Shown here one piece after another: positions 1 to 10,123 of a DNA stretch of 64,000 nucleotides (its first letter is position 1; every line of letters starts with the position of its first letter). Under the pieces are notes generated by a model. That model was not told the origin of the DNA. It was given only the letters and a program-made list of their open reading frames with translations, and searched no databases. The DNA comes from Abditibacteriaceae bacterium (lineage in GTDB: Bacteria > Armatimonadota > Abditibacteriia > Abditibacteriales > Abditibacteriaceae): assembly GCA_965277285.1 (NCBI GenBank), contig OZ255721.1:2528001-2592000 (forward strand), read 5' to 3'. Both the position numbers and the translations under genes were made by a program.

Positions 1-318
1 CGCATCCGAAGGCCGCGAATCGATATGGAGCAAGCCGCGCGCGGTTTGAACATCAATCGTCGCGTAATAAGTGCCGTCCTGCAAATCGTTGATGACGACG
101 CGCGAAACCGTGCCGCCCGATGCACCGATGCAAAACAGCATCAGGTCGTGCGACAAGGGACGCGGCATTTGCGCGCCTTCCATGAACAAGGCGATGGAGC
201 GCGCTTCGGCTGCACCGATCCAGATCGGCAACAGGCGCGTATTCTCTAAATCTTTCAAGACCACAACGGTCTGCTTATGATGATCGAAACCAACACCTTC
301 CACAGTCATTCGCAACAT
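1..318 (-). CDS. Bifunctional nuclease family protein (DUF151), runs off the window edge
   Basis: Manual translation MLRMTVEGVGFDHHKQTVVVLKDLENTRLLPIWIGAAEARSIA...RPLSHDL...IDSRPSDA; LPIWIG, RPxxHDL and DxRPSDA are DUF151 motifs. Not in the ORF track because it is truncated. Confidence 0.85.
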   Translation of the reverse strand, partial: MLRMTVEGVGFDHHKQTVVVLKDLENTRLLPIWIGAAEARSIALFMEGAQMPRPLSHDLMLFCIGASGGTVSRVVINDLQDGTYYATIDVQTARGLLHIDSRPSDA

Positions 319-334
319 CTTAAATCCTTCAAAT

Positions 335-505
335 TAGCCACAAAGAGCACAGAGAACACAAAGAAAAAGGGAGATCGAGTACTCGAAAGCTAAAAACGCG
401 TCCTGCTGAGCGCAACGAATCCTCTTGCAATTATAGATTCTTCGCTATGCTCAGAATGACAAAATCTTTTTCTACTCTTTGTGTTCTCTGTGCTCTTTGT
501 GGCTA
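335..505. repeat. Intergenic inverted-repeat element (TAGCCACAAAGAGCACA family) with a nested GTCATTCTGAG-type hairpin
   Basis: TAGCCACAAAGAGCACAGAGAACACAAAGA ... TCTTTGTGTTCTCTGTGCTCTTTGTGGCTA; same family at 31829-31921. Confidence 0.8.
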
Positions 506-1729
506 ATTTTTGTTTTGTCCAATTTGTGCGCTGTATTCGCGGTGACGCGCCAGGCTTTCGCTAAGTTCCTGTAGAGAATCGCCGCCGAATTTTTCCAGCA
601 AGGCGTCCGCCAAAACCAACGCGACCATCGCTTCGCCGACGACGCCCGCTGCGGGAACCGCGCAATAATCGCTGCGTTCGACGTGCGCCGCTGTCGCTTC
701 TCCGGTCGTCGTGTTGACGCTGGGCAAAGCCTTCATTAAAGTTGAAATCGGCTTCATCGCCACGCGGCACACCAGAGGCTCGCCATTGGTGACGCCGCCT
801 TCCAAGCCACCGGCGTTGTTGCGCGTGCGACCCAGCCGCGGACTCGAATCGCCGTTCGCGCTCCACTCAAACGGATCGTGAACTTGCGAACCGGAAAGTC
901 GTGCGGTTTCAAAACCCAGACCGATTTCAACGCCTTTCATAGCGTGAATGCTCATCAAAGCGCCCGCCAAACGTCCGTCCAATTTCCTGTCCCAATGAAC
1001 GTGCGAACCCAATCCAACCGGAAGATTATCGACCACAACTTCAAACACGCCACCGACCGTATCGCCGCTTTCGCGCGCTGTGTCAATGCGCTCGCACATC
1101 TTTTTACTTGATTCTTCATCTAAACAACGCACTTCGCTTTTATCCGCAATGGAATTGAGTTCGCGCGCACTGATTCGAGTACTCGATTCGATTTGCGAAG
1201 GCGCTTTGATGCCGCCGATTTCGACGACATGACTGCCCATCCAAATGTCGCACGCTTCTAATAACGCGCGCGCGACGCTTCCCGCTGCGACGCGCATCGT
1301 GGTTTCGCGGGCACTGGCGCGTTCAAGGATGTTGCGCATGTCGCCGTTGTCGGGGCGATATTTGACAAGTCCGGCAAAATCCACATGGCCGGGACGCGGC
1401 ACTTCAATGGGACGCGTTTTCACGCTGTCGTGCGCGTATTCTTCAACTGGCGCGGGGTTCATTACGTCGCCCCAACTGGCGTAATCGCGGTTGGGAACGG
1501 TGAGTGTAATCGGCGAACCGATGGTTTTTCCGTGACGAATGCCAGAGGACATTTGCGCGCGGTCGGTTTCGATCAGCATTCGCCCGCCGCGACCGTAACC
1601 GCGTTGGCGTCGCGCCAGGTGCATGTCAATTTGTTCGGCTAAAAGCGGCACGCCGGACGGCATTCCTTCGATGATGGTGGTGAGAGCCGGGCCGTGCGAC
1701 TCGCCCGCCGTGAGAAAACGCAATGTCAT
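503..1729 (-). CDS. aroC: Chorismate synthase
   Basis: MTLRFLTAGESHG, RPGHVD, ERASARET, MKPISTL motifs; start moved to ATG 1729. Confidence 0.97.
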   Translation of the reverse strand: MTLRFLTAGESHGPALTTIIEGMPSGVPLLAEQIDMHLARRQRGYGRGGRMLIETDRAQMSSGIRHGKTIGSPITLTVPNRDYASWGDVMNPAPVEEYAHDSVKTRPIEVPRPGHVDFAGLVKYRPDNGDMRNILERASARETTMRVAAGSVARALLEACDIWMGSHVVEIGGIKAPSQIESSTRISARELNSIADKSEVRCLDEESSKKMCERIDTARESGDTVGGVFEVVVDNLPVGLGSHVHWDRKLDGRLAGALMSIHAMKGVEIGLGFETARLSGSQVHDPFEWSANGDSSPRLGRTRNNAGGLEGGVTNGEPLVCRVAMKPISTLMKALPSVNTTTGEATAAHVERSDYCAVPAAGVVGEAMVALVLADALLEKFGGDSLQELSESLARHREYSAQIGQNKN

Positions 1730-1902
1730 GGCTTTTAATTTATCAGAGTGAGGGAAAAGTAAGAACAAAAGTGACGAGCGACACGCTGTCACTCGTCACT
1801 TCTCTGTACATCGTTTTTGGAATCGCCGTCTTTCAACGTTCGCTATCGAGTACTAAAAATCCGCTTGAAAAGTTGGTGATGTGTGAAAAATGAGAAGTTC
1901 GC

Positions 1903-2038
1903 CATTCTGATGCTCGAAAGTGGAAGTTTGTCATTCTGATGCTCGAAAGTGGAAGTTTGTCATTCTGAGCGCAGAGAAGAATCTAATTGCAGGTAGATTC
2001 TTCTCTGCGCTCAGAATGACAAACTTCCACTTTCGAGC
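1903..2038. repeat. REP/MITE-like hairpin (GTCATTCTGAGCGCAGAGAAGAATCT family) with a 29-bp tandem duplication
   Basis: 45-bp perfect inverted repeat 1941-1985/1994-2038; related copies at 13665-13865 and about 61716-61815. Confidence 0.85.
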
Positions 2039-2143
2039 GTTTTTTGCACTTTTTTCGGCTTTCTATACAACCTCTCAAAACGACAAACTTTTGATTTCAA
2101 CCTTGTTTTCTACGTCGCATAACGCTTTGCGCCCATGCTTTCG

Positions 2144-4513
2144 CTATTGCGCCGGGCGGATTTCCAGGGAAAGCCCGACATCGACGTATTGACCGCCTTG
2201 CGTTTGGTGACAATGCACGGCCATCGTATTTTGTCCGCCGAGAACGAGGCTTTTGCGGGCTTCGTCGCTGATCGGCTTATTTTCAAAGGTGCTAATGTAG
2301 CCAGGACCCTTGTAAGCCAGAACGCCGTTGATGTAGACATCGAGATCTTCATCGTGATAGTCGCGGACGACGAGCTGGCTGAGTTGCAGAGCGCTCAAAT
2401 TACCCAGCGTAAAAGTGCGGCGCAACCAGATGTCAGACGATGTCCACGGCGTTCCGATGCGTGGCGAAGTCGGGACATCGGTTCCGAAGCCGCCCGCACC
2501 CGTCTTCCAGGCCGCGTCATCGAAGGTTTTTTGAATCCAGTCCGTGGACGGCGCGACCAGAGAATATTTCCAGCTTTGGCTGGCTTTCTCGGAAGTCGGC
2601 ACGACGACTTTGTAAGTCGGTACGGGATAGGCGAAGCGGTTGGCGAGAGCGATGCGCGGCGCGTGCGACTTCAGAATGCGGTCGTAGGTCATCAACCCGT
2701 TCGATTCGCTTTCGACATCGCTAATCTGCGTGTAGACGGCGGCGCTCAAGCCTTTTTCATCGCGCAAATGCTTCAAGAGAGCGGTGAACTCGCCGTACAA
2801 GTCTTCCACTTGGCGCGGCGTGGTGACAGAAGTGTAGCCCCAGCCTTCTTTTTGCCAGGTATGACCTTTGATGACATAGCCAATGCCGCCGTATTCGCCG
2901 CAAACCAAAGCCTGCGTCGCACTGGGGCCGGAAGCTGCCGGAGGTGGATAAGAATGCACGTCATCCACATCGCCCGCGTCGCCTTCGGGCGCTTTGTCAT
3001 AGCCGCCGCCGCTGTCTCTGTCCACCAAGCGCGAAGGATCCAGCTGTTTGGCCAGGTTTACCAGAGAAATCGTGTCGTGGCGCCCCTGTTCTTCGTTGAA
3101 CACAATCCACATGACGATGGCGGGCGAGTTCCAGTGCGTCATGATGGTCTGGCGAAGCTGCTTTTCAAAGGCGGGTTTGTCAACTGGCGGTGCATTGCCG
3201 GTGTAAGAGTTGGGCGAGGGCATATCCTGCCACACCATGATGCCCAGTTTGTCGGCCCAATAATACCAGCGCGCCGGTTCCACCTTGATGTGCTTGCGCA
3301 CCATGTTGAAGCCCAAAGCCTTCTCTTGCACGATGTCGGACTTGAGCGCTTCATCGGTCGGCGCCGTATAAATGCCGTCCGGCCAGAAACCCTGATCAAG
3401 AGGGCCAAGTTCAAACACGAACTTGTTGTTCAACAACATCTTTGTGATGCCGCCTACTTTGCCAAGCGAAATCTTGCGCATTCCAAAATAACTGGTCACG
3501 CTGTCGCTCGTTTGATTGCCATTTATCAGCACTACGCTCACGTCGTACAGAAAGGGATTGGTGGGCGACCACAGTCTGGGGTTTTTGAGTGGAATTGCCA
3601 CTTCGACGTTCGGCTTGATGTCGGACGTTGCGACGACCTTGCCCGCGTCCATGATTTTGATAATCGCGTGAGTACTCGATGTCGCCGCGTTTGCATTGAC
3701 CGTGAAACGGATGCGGCTGTGATCCACGTCGGGAATCATATGCAGGCTTTGAATCGCAGTGCGCGCGACCGGTTCGAGCCACACCGTTTGCCAGATGCCA
3801 CTGGTCGGCGTGTACATGATGCCGCCCGGCTTGAGGGATTGCTTGCCGCGCGGTTGTCCACCGGCATCGGTCGGATCGAAGACGCGCACGATCAGCTCTT
3901 GCGGCCCGTCGCCTTTCAAAAAAGGCGCGATGTCGTAGCCGAACGGCTCGTAGCCGCCGCGATGAACGCCGACGCTGTGCCCGTTGACGAAGACTTCGGC
4001 TTCATAATCGACAGCGCCGAAGTTGATCATCAGTTGCTTGTTTTTCCATGCAGCAGGAACCGTGAAACTGCGGCGATACCACAAGCGGTCGTGATGTTCC
4101 ATGACGCCGGAAAGCGCCGATTCGACGGGAAAAGGCACCAGAATTTTGCTCGCCAGCTTCTTGCCAACTGGAACGGCATCGCTCTCATTGCCGCTTTGAT
4201 ATTGCCAGACGCCATTCAAATTGAGCCACTGCGAGCGTACCAATTGCGGACGCGGATATTCGGGCAGCGCGTTAGTCGGCGAAACTTGTGAAGCCCAGCG
4301 CGTCATCAGCGACGCTGTTTTGGGCGCCCATCCCGACGCATCAGCAGTCGTTGCTGTCATCAGAGACACTGTTTTGACAGGCGATTTTTCGGGAGTCGCT
4401 ACCGTGGGTGCTGCCGTTGGCGCACCAGCCTGTGCTTTGCAGGACGACAACAATGGCAAAGCGCAGGAAAGCAACGCAAAATACAGCTTGTTGATATGGC
4501 GGATTGAATGCAT
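2144..4513 (-). CDS. Secreted glycoside hydrolase family 2 (beta-galactosidase/glucuronidase-like)
   Basis: Signal peptide, PEYPRPQLVR, NFGAVDY, RKHIKVEP, WIVFNEE acid/base region, GEYGG nucleophile region. Confidence 0.9.
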   Translation of the reverse strand: MHSIRHINKLYFALLSCALPLLSSCKAQAGAPTAAPTVATPEKSPVKTVSLMTATTADASGWAPKTASLMTRWASQVSPTNALPEYPRPQLVRSQWLNLNGVWQYQSGNESDAVPVGKKLASKILVPFPVESALSGVMEHHDRLWYRRSFTVPAAWKNKQLMINFGAVDYEAEVFVNGHSVGVHRGGYEPFGYDIAPFLKGDGPQELIVRVFDPTDAGGQPRGKQSLKPGGIMYTPTSGIWQTVWLEPVARTAIQSLHMIPDVDHSRIRFTVNANAATSSTHAIIKIMDAGKVVATSDIKPNVEVAIPLKNPRLWSPTNPFLYDVSVVLINGNQTSDSVTSYFGMRKISLGKVGGITKMLLNNKFVFELGPLDQGFWPDGIYTAPTDEALKSDIVQEKALGFNMVRKHIKVEPARWYYWADKLGIMVWQDMPSPNSYTGNAPPVDKPAFEKQLRQTIMTHWNSPAIVMWIVFNEEQGRHDTISLVNLAKQLDPSRLVDRDSGGGYDKAPEGDAGDVDDVHSYPPPAASGPSATQALVCGEYGGIGYVIKGHTWQKEGWGYTSVTTPRQVEDLYGEFTALLKHLRDEKGLSAAVYTQISDVESESNGLMTYDRILKSHAPRIALANRFAYPVPTYKVVVPTSEKASQSWKYSLVAPSTDWIQKTFDDAAWKTGAGGFGTDVPTSPRIGTPWTSSDIWLRRTFTLGNLSALQLSQLVVRDYHDEDLDVYINGVLAYKGPGYISTFENKPISDEARKSLVLGGQNTMAVHCHQTQGGQYVDVGLSLEIRPAQ

Positions 4514-4739
4514 AAAAACCCCTTACGACTTAATTTTGTGACTTGCGAGAACTCTTTGACAACAGCAAGCGACAAATGCTCTATCTATGGAATAGCGGCC
4601 CGAAGAGTTCAGCTTCTGAAAAGCGAACCTTGTGGGCGCAAAATGACCTGATTTTAGGCCTGAAGCATTATATGCCTGGAGCGAGAGAATCTTGTTTGTG
4701 TGCGACATTGTACACGAAAACAGCGAGTATGACACCGTT

Positions 4740-5366
4740 TTATGGGAGCATTTCCGCAAATGAGACTGGCAGGTCTTCTTCCGTCTGAGGATCGAGTACT
4801 CGAATGGCGGGCCACAATCCGTAAATGAGAGTGTCACTCAAGTCGCCCTGCAAAGTGCGACGGTGATTATGCAACGTGGCTTCGTGCTGAAAGCCAGCCT
4901 GCTCCGCGACACGGCGGCTGCGTTGGTTGCGCGCATCGCAGATAATTTCGATTCTTTGCGCGCTCAGATGCTCGAAAGCCGCCGCAGCGACGGCGCGCAC
5001 AGCTTCGCTCACATAACCGCGTCCTTGTTGCGACGCGCGGCACCAATAGCCGATTTCAAAAGAAGGAATATCCGCTTTGCGCGGGTGCAAGCCAATCGTT
5101 GAGACGAACTCACCAGTTTCGCGCGAAAAGGCGCGCAGGTTGAAATCGTCGCCCTGCTCGAATAATTGATGGTGGCGTTGACCTCTCGCTTCGGTTTCTT
5201 GGATCGAAGGTCGAACTTGTGCCCAATCCATCCAGCGATGCAAATCGTCCCACGTTTCGAGAATCGCCGCGTTAATAATGGCGCCATCGCTTGGCAGAGG
5301 ACGGCGCAGAAGCAAGCGTTGGGTCGGAATTGTTGATGGAAAACGCCTTGTTGGAGAAGGAGTCAT
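4740..5366 (-). CDS. RimJ/RimL family GNAT acetyltransferase
   Basis: TQRLLLRR, FEIGYW...QGRGY..EAV, N.RSRRVAEQAGF. Confidence 0.9.
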   Translation of the reverse strand: MTPSPTRRFPSTIPTQRLLLRRPLPSDGAIINAAILETWDDLHRWMDWAQVRPSIQETEARGQRHHQLFEQGDDFNLRAFSRETGEFVSTIGLHPRKADIPSFEIGYWCRASQQGRGYVSEAVRAVAAAAFEHLSAQRIEIICDARNQRSRRVAEQAGFQHEATLHNHRRTLQGDLSDTLIYGLWPAIRVLDPQTEEDLPVSFAEMLP

Positions 5367-5479
5367 AGCGAGAAGTTTAGCTGCTGAAAGGGACCGATCG
5401 AGTACTCGAACCGGCGTCTTTACCGTTTCTTAACATTTCTGTCCTCGAATTGGCGTGCAGCGTCTGCTAACCTCCGGGT

Positions 5480-6937
5480 GTGACTTCCTTTTTGTTCTGG
5501 CTGACGACACTTTCGCTGAGCGTTCTGGCGCTGGTTTTCTTCGTTTTGTGGCGTCGCGCCAAGCGTTTGGTAGAAGCGCGCGAAAATTTGTGGCACGCGT
5601 CCATGCGCTTGTTGCAAAACGGCAATTATTCCGAGGTGCAAACACTGGTGCAGCGCAGCGAGACACTTTTGCCGCCAGGCGCTGGACAGGAAATCAGCGC
5701 CGCTTTGCAGGCCGTCGCGCAAGATGTTCGCCAGCACGAAACGGCGCGCCGCGAACTCGAAGATGTTTTGTCGTCGTTGCAAGACGCGGTTTTGGTCGTT
5801 GATGCCGAAGCGCGCCTGCGTTTTCTCAATGCGCCCGCGCTGCAATTGTTCGGCGTGCGCGTCGAAGATGTTTTAGGCGCCCAACTTTTGGAAGCCTTGC
5901 CTTCTTTTGGATTGGATTCGAGTGTGAGCGCCGCTTTGCACGAAGGCCGCAGCACGATGGGCGAACAAAGTCTTTATTTCACTAACGGACATCACGCCAA
6001 CCCGAATTTGGTTAACGGACAAAATGGCGCGCGCAAACGCACGGGACAAATCGTGCCGTCGCACGAAGAAAACGACCAATCGAGTACTCGAAACGGCATT
6101 GGTAATAGTAATGGCGTGCAGGGAAATTCCATCGCTGGTGACGCGCGCCGCGAGATTTTTATGCGCGTGGCGCCGGTGCGCTCGAGTCAGGGCAAAGTCG
6201 CGGGCGCTGTAGCGATTTTGCAGGACATGACGGAAATGCGGCGCTTGGAGCGCGTGCGCCGCGATTTTGTAGCCAACGCCAGCCACGAACTGCGCACGCC
6301 AATCGCCAACATTCGCGCCGGCGCCGAAACGATTTTGACCGATCCGCACGACAGCGAATTGGCGCTGCGCTTCTTGCCGCAAATCGTCAGCGAATCGGAA
6401 CGCTTGTCGCATCTGGTCAGCGATTTGTTAGACCTCGCGCACGCCGACGCCGCAGTCGAAACGCCGCGCACGCCGGTCAACTTCTGCGATGTTATTGACT
6501 GCGTGATGCAGCGTTTGCATGAAAAAGCCACGCAAAACCAAGTCGAAGTGCGTCGCAATTATGCCCAAGACGCTTGTCAGGCGCGCGTCAGCGGAGACTT
6601 CGCGGGATTGGAGCAAATCGTTTTTAACCTGCTTGATAACGCCTTGCTTTATACGCCGTCCGGCGGCCAGGTCGAATTGGGCGTGCAGCCTGATGAGCGC
6701 GCGCAGCAACTCATTTTTTCCATCAGCGATACGGGAATCGGCATTCCAGTCGAAGAGCAGGAACGCGTTTTCGAGCGTTTTTATCGCGTCGATAAAGCCC
6801 GCTCGCGCGCTCAGGGCGGAACGGGTTTGGGATTGGCGATTGTCAAGCACATTGCTGAAAACCATCGCGGCAGCGTTTCCGTGCAAAGCGCCGTCGATCA
6901 AGGCACCATCTTTATCGTGCGCCTTCCACTTATTTAA
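5480..6937 (+). CDS. phoR: PAS-domain sensor histidine kinase, PhoR-like
   Basis: N-terminal TM, RRDFVANASHELRTP H-box, NLLDNA, DTGIGI, FERFYRVDKARSR, GGTGLGL; close to the pst cluster. Confidence 0.8.
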   Translation: MTSFLFWLTTLSLSVLALVFFVLWRRAKRLVEARENLWHASMRLLQNGNYSEVQTLVQRSETLLPPGAGQEISAALQAVAQDVRQHETARRELEDVLSSLQDAVLVVDAEARLRFLNAPALQLFGVRVEDVLGAQLLEALPSFGLDSSVSAALHEGRSTMGEQSLYFTNGHHANPNLVNGQNGARKRTGQIVPSHEENDQSSTRNGIGNSNGVQGNSIAGDARREIFMRVAPVRSSQGKVAGAVAILQDMTEMRRLERVRRDFVANASHELRTPIANIRAGAETILTDPHDSELALRFLPQIVSESERLSHLVSDLLDLAHADAAVETPRTPVNFCDVIDCVMQRLHEKATQNQVEVRRNYAQDACQARVSGDFAGLEQIVFNLLDNALLYTPSGGQVELGVQPDERAQQLIFSISDTGIGIPVEEQERVFERFYRVDKARSRAQGGTGLGLAIVKHIAENHRGSVSVQSAVDQGTIFIVRLPLI

Positions 6938-7167
6938 CCAATGGTGCGGGTTTGGATAGCCGCCTATGAATGATCGAGCTGATAAACGAAGCATCATAAA
7001 TGGCGCTGGCACATCGTGCTTGAGGCCGCTTCAGCGGTCTTTCTCGTTCAGCCCATTGCTTTAGCGGTGGGCAATCCAAACCCGCGCCACTGGTTATAAA
7101 ATTCGCCTGACAATCGAGTACTCGAAAGCCGTGATTCCTGTGAGCGCATCGTGTCAGATAATCACTT

Positions 7168-7596
7168 TTACGAATGCGGTGAAGTGCTGGGAGGTGCAGC
7201 TTTTGTTTGTCGCACTTGAGACAAGCGTTGAATTGCGCCATAAACCGTGTAAAAGCCGAGCAGAACCACGAAAACGCCGAACGTGAGCCGCAAAATCGGC
7301 CCCGTCAGTTTATTGGAACCCAACGCGCCCAGCCACGCCCCCAGAAACATCGCAAAAGCGACCAAGAGCGCCGCTTTCCAATCGACGTTGCCGTGACGCG
7401 CATATTCCAAAACCGCGCCCAGGCCGACCGGCGGCAGCAAAACGACCAGGCTGGTTCCCGTCGCGCGGTGCTGCGAAAACCCCAATATATAAACCAGCGC
7501 GGGAACAATCAGCACGCCGCCGCCGATACCAAACAGGCCGGACGCGAAACCTGCCGTCACACCAATCGCCAGCAGAATCAGGATTTCAATTTTCAT
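7168..7596 (-). CDS. TauE/SafE (TSUP) family membrane protein
   Basis: GFASGLFGIGGGVLIVP, ATGTSL; hydrophobic throughout. Confidence 0.85.
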   Translation of the reverse strand: MKIEILILLAIGVTAGFASGLFGIGGGVLIVPALVYILGFSQHRATGTSLVVLLPPVGLGAVLEYARHGNVDWKAALLVAFAMFLGAWLGALGSNKLTGPILRLTFGVFVVLLGFYTVYGAIQRLSQVRQTKAAPPSTSPHS

Positions 7597-7719
7597 GGAA
7601 GTGCTTGTGACATATTTGGGTTAGCTATCAAACACGATTTAACGACGAATCTCAGTGCGGCCTGAAGTGGGAGCGCAACCAATGCGTCATGTGGTAGCGA
7701 GGTTGAGGAATTCTGACGC

Positions 7720-8226
7720 TCAATTTGTTTCAACATAGACCCACTGCAGGCGTGGTTCGACAATTTGCTTTGGAACAAGAGCGAAATAAATCTTTTGCTC
7801 CTTTGTTAATTTGCCTGTGATTGTCACAGTATCTTCGCCAAACAAATCGTTATGCCTTGTCACCGTTATGGGTTTAATTTGGTAAAGCCAAATAAGTGTT
7901 GTGGACTCTTCGTCGTAATTCTTTAAATTGGGAACAAGGTCTTTGAAGTCCACAGGAAACTGCTGAGACAATATGCCGCCGTTACAACCGCTTCCTGCAC
8001 AGGGGCCTTCCGATACAACAAAATTTCTCGTCATGAGGCTGACGTTAAACGCCTCTTCGACTTTAGCTGTTTGGACATAGACTTGTTGTATTTTGAACGA
8101 AATTTGTTGCGGGCGACACGCGTTAACGATAAGCGGCCAAGCCATCGAAGCGAACACCAATACAACCAAACCAACAAGGAGCCACGTCCACATCTTCTGA
8201 TTTTTCACATTTAAATTATTGCACAC
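7720..8226 (-). CDS. Hypothetical membrane-anchored protein
   Basis: ORF with an N-terminal hydrophobic helix, AT-richer than neighbours; start uncertain. Confidence 0.55.
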   Translation of the reverse strand: MCNNLNVKNQKMWTWLLVGLVVLVFASMAWPLIVNACRPQQISFKIQQVYVQTAKVEEAFNVSLMTRNFVVSEGPCAGSGCNGGILSQQFPVDFKDLVPNLKNYDEESTTLIWLYQIKPITVTRHNDLFGEDTVTITGKLTKEQKIYFALVPKQIVEPRLQWVYVETN

Positions 8227-8315
8227 GTCAGACTATTGTGTTGCGGTAGAACAACCGTTTAAGCATCAGATAACGCGATAAAAAGTTTCGCCAATATCGA
8301 GTACTCAATTGCGGT

Positions 8316-8391
8316 TTAAATAATTTTCTTCAAGTTCTTAATCTTTTCTTAATGTCCGCTTAACGCAGGTTTAAGAACGCTGTCGCACAAT
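8316..8391 (+). promoter_or_regulatory. Pho-box-like TTAA repeats at 11-bp period plus -10 (CACAAT)
   Basis: TTAA at 8316, 8338, 8349, 8360, 8371; CACAAT at 8386-8391; upstream of the porin. Confidence 0.7.
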
Positions 8392-8514
8392 GGAAACCGA
8401 AAAACGATAACCTGCCACTCGTTTTAGGGCGAACGCGGTTGACCCTGCAAGATGGGAATTGCGGTTTAGCGCCGAAAAAAGTGCGACAGGATCGGATATT
8501 TTCAGGAGAATTTT

Positions 8515-9882
8515 GTGAATCGTAACACCATGAGACATAAAGCTATTAGGCACAAAGCTATTGTCAGCGGCTTGTTCGCTGTGGCGGCTTTGACCGTTAT
8601 TGGCGGTCGTCCGGCGCACGCGCAGAACAGTGAAACCGAAGCGTTGCGCGCCGAAATCGAAGCTTTAACAGCGCGCCTGGACAAATTGGAAAAGGCGCAA
8701 ACCACTTCAACCGCCGCCAATAAAGCCGCGCCGCCCGCGACCACCAAATTGCCGATCACGATTTCGGGTTTGCTGCAAGCGCAATATGGCACGTTCAGCG
8801 GCGAGAGCGGATTGTCATTTCCGCGTCAGCAAAGCACGTTTCGTTTGCGCCGCGCCGAAATTCGCCTGACGGCGCCCGCCATTACCGACCGCATCAGCGG
8901 AACCGTGATGTTCGATCCGGCGCGCGGCGTTTCCAGCAGCGCCGCAGCAGGACAGCAAACGCTGACCACCAGCCAGAGCATTTTGCAAGAATTGCAGATT
9001 TCTTACTTGCTGAAGAAAGCGACGCCGCAAGTCGGCACGCCAACGCAGGCCGGTGCTCCCATTCCGACGCCATTTCCCGACAACATCTACATTGATGTTG
9101 GTCAGTTCAAATTGCCAATTGGTTATGAAGGCGATCAAGTTTCTGCCAGCGCCATTCAAACCATTGAAAAGGCGTTGTTGTTCCGCGTGCGAGACTTCAA
9201 TGGCGGCGGACGCGGCGAAGTGCGCGATACGGGTCTCCAGTTGCGCGGCACGCTGGGCGGCAATCTTGATTATCGTTTGGGCGTCTTCAACGGCTTGGGC
9301 GAGCGCCAGGATTTGTTAGCGACCGGCAACGCCAAAGCGGTTATCGCGCGTTTGTTGTATCGCCCGACGGGGCTGCCTGGTTTGGCGGTTGGTGTCAGCG
9401 GCGCGCAGGGCAACACCAACGTCGCGCAAACCACTGCGACTGGCATTCAAGGTCGCTTCAATCGCAACATTGTCACGGCGTTCGCGGTTTACAAGAACGA
9501 CAAAATCACTTTCCAGAACGAGTATGGAAGCGGACACGACCAGAATCAAACGCTGGGCTTGATTGGCGCAGCGGCGCGCGAACGCAAGTTCGACTCGTAT
9601 TACAGCAGTTTGGGTTATTTGTTCACGCCGAAAATCGAAGGCGTTCTGCGCTACGATTACTTCCGCTTCGACCGCAACATCAACAATAGCGATGTGCGCG
9701 AACTGACGGCGGGTATCAACTATTACCTGCGCGGCAACAACGCCAAAATTCAGGCCAACATCGTGCGCGTCGAAGGCGGCAAAGGCCTGACCGCAGCCAA
9801 TGGTTTCGGCGGCGGCGGCTCGGGACAAGGCTTCCAGAACACGCGCACCGAGTTCCGCGTGCAAGGCCAGGTCGCGTTCTAA
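8515..9882 (+). CDS. Phosphate-selective porin (OprO/OprP-like)
   Basis: Signal peptide, short coiled coil, FRLRRAEI, DVGQFKLP, C-terminal Phe; SD AGGAGA; directly upstream of pstS. Confidence 0.8.
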   Translation: MNRNTMRHKAIRHKAIVSGLFAVAALTVIGGRPAHAQNSETEALRAEIEALTARLDKLEKAQTTSTAANKAAPPATTKLPITISGLLQAQYGTFSGESGLSFPRQQSTFRLRRAEIRLTAPAITDRISGTVMFDPARGVSSSAAAGQQTLTTSQSILQELQISYLLKKATPQVGTPTQAGAPIPTPFPDNIYIDVGQFKLPIGYEGDQVSASAIQTIEKALLFRVRDFNGGGRGEVRDTGLQLRGTLGGNLDYRLGVFNGLGERQDLLATGNAKAVIARLLYRPTGLPGLAVGVSGAQGNTNVAQTTATGIQGRFNRNIVTAFAVYKNDKITFQNEYGSGHDQNQTLGLIGAAARERKFDSYYSSLGYLFTPKIEGVLRYDYFRFDRNINNSDVRELTAGINYYLRGNNAKIQANIVRVEGGKGLTAANGFGGGGSGQGFQNTRTEFRVQGQVAF

Positions 9883-9935
9883 ACTGCGTTCAAAACCGCT
9901 GAACAATCTGGCTCATATCGCCTATCGAGTACTCG

Positions 9936-9970
9936 AAACGGTTTCCTCTTCATTGAGGAAGCCGTTTTTT
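9936..9970 (+). terminator. Intrinsic terminator after the porin
   Basis: AAACGGTTTCCTC-TTCATT-GAGGAAGCCGTTTTTT. Confidence 0.7.
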
Positions 9971-10001
9971 GTTGTCTGAAATGAGCATATCATGCGCAGA
10001 A

Positions 10002-10055
10002 TTAACCTGATCTTCAACCGTTCTTAAGTCACTGTTAATGTGCGTTGGCTAACGT
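10002..10055 (+). promoter_or_regulatory. Pho-box-like repeats plus -10 (TAACGT)
   Basis: TTAA/TTCA at 10002, 10013, 10024, 10035; TAACGT at 10050-10055. Confidence 0.7.
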
Positions 10056-10123
10056 TCAAGAAACAACTTCGGGCGCAATCGAAACGATTTCGCTTGAAAA
10101 AACAAGCGTGGAGATAATTCGAG

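Noticed and set aside
2135..4291. 718-aa plus-strand ORF
   Set aside because: Antisense shadow of the GH2 gene with no motifs; the same applies to other long shadow ORFs (11365-12519, 24446-25429, 40344-41594, 46618-47505)
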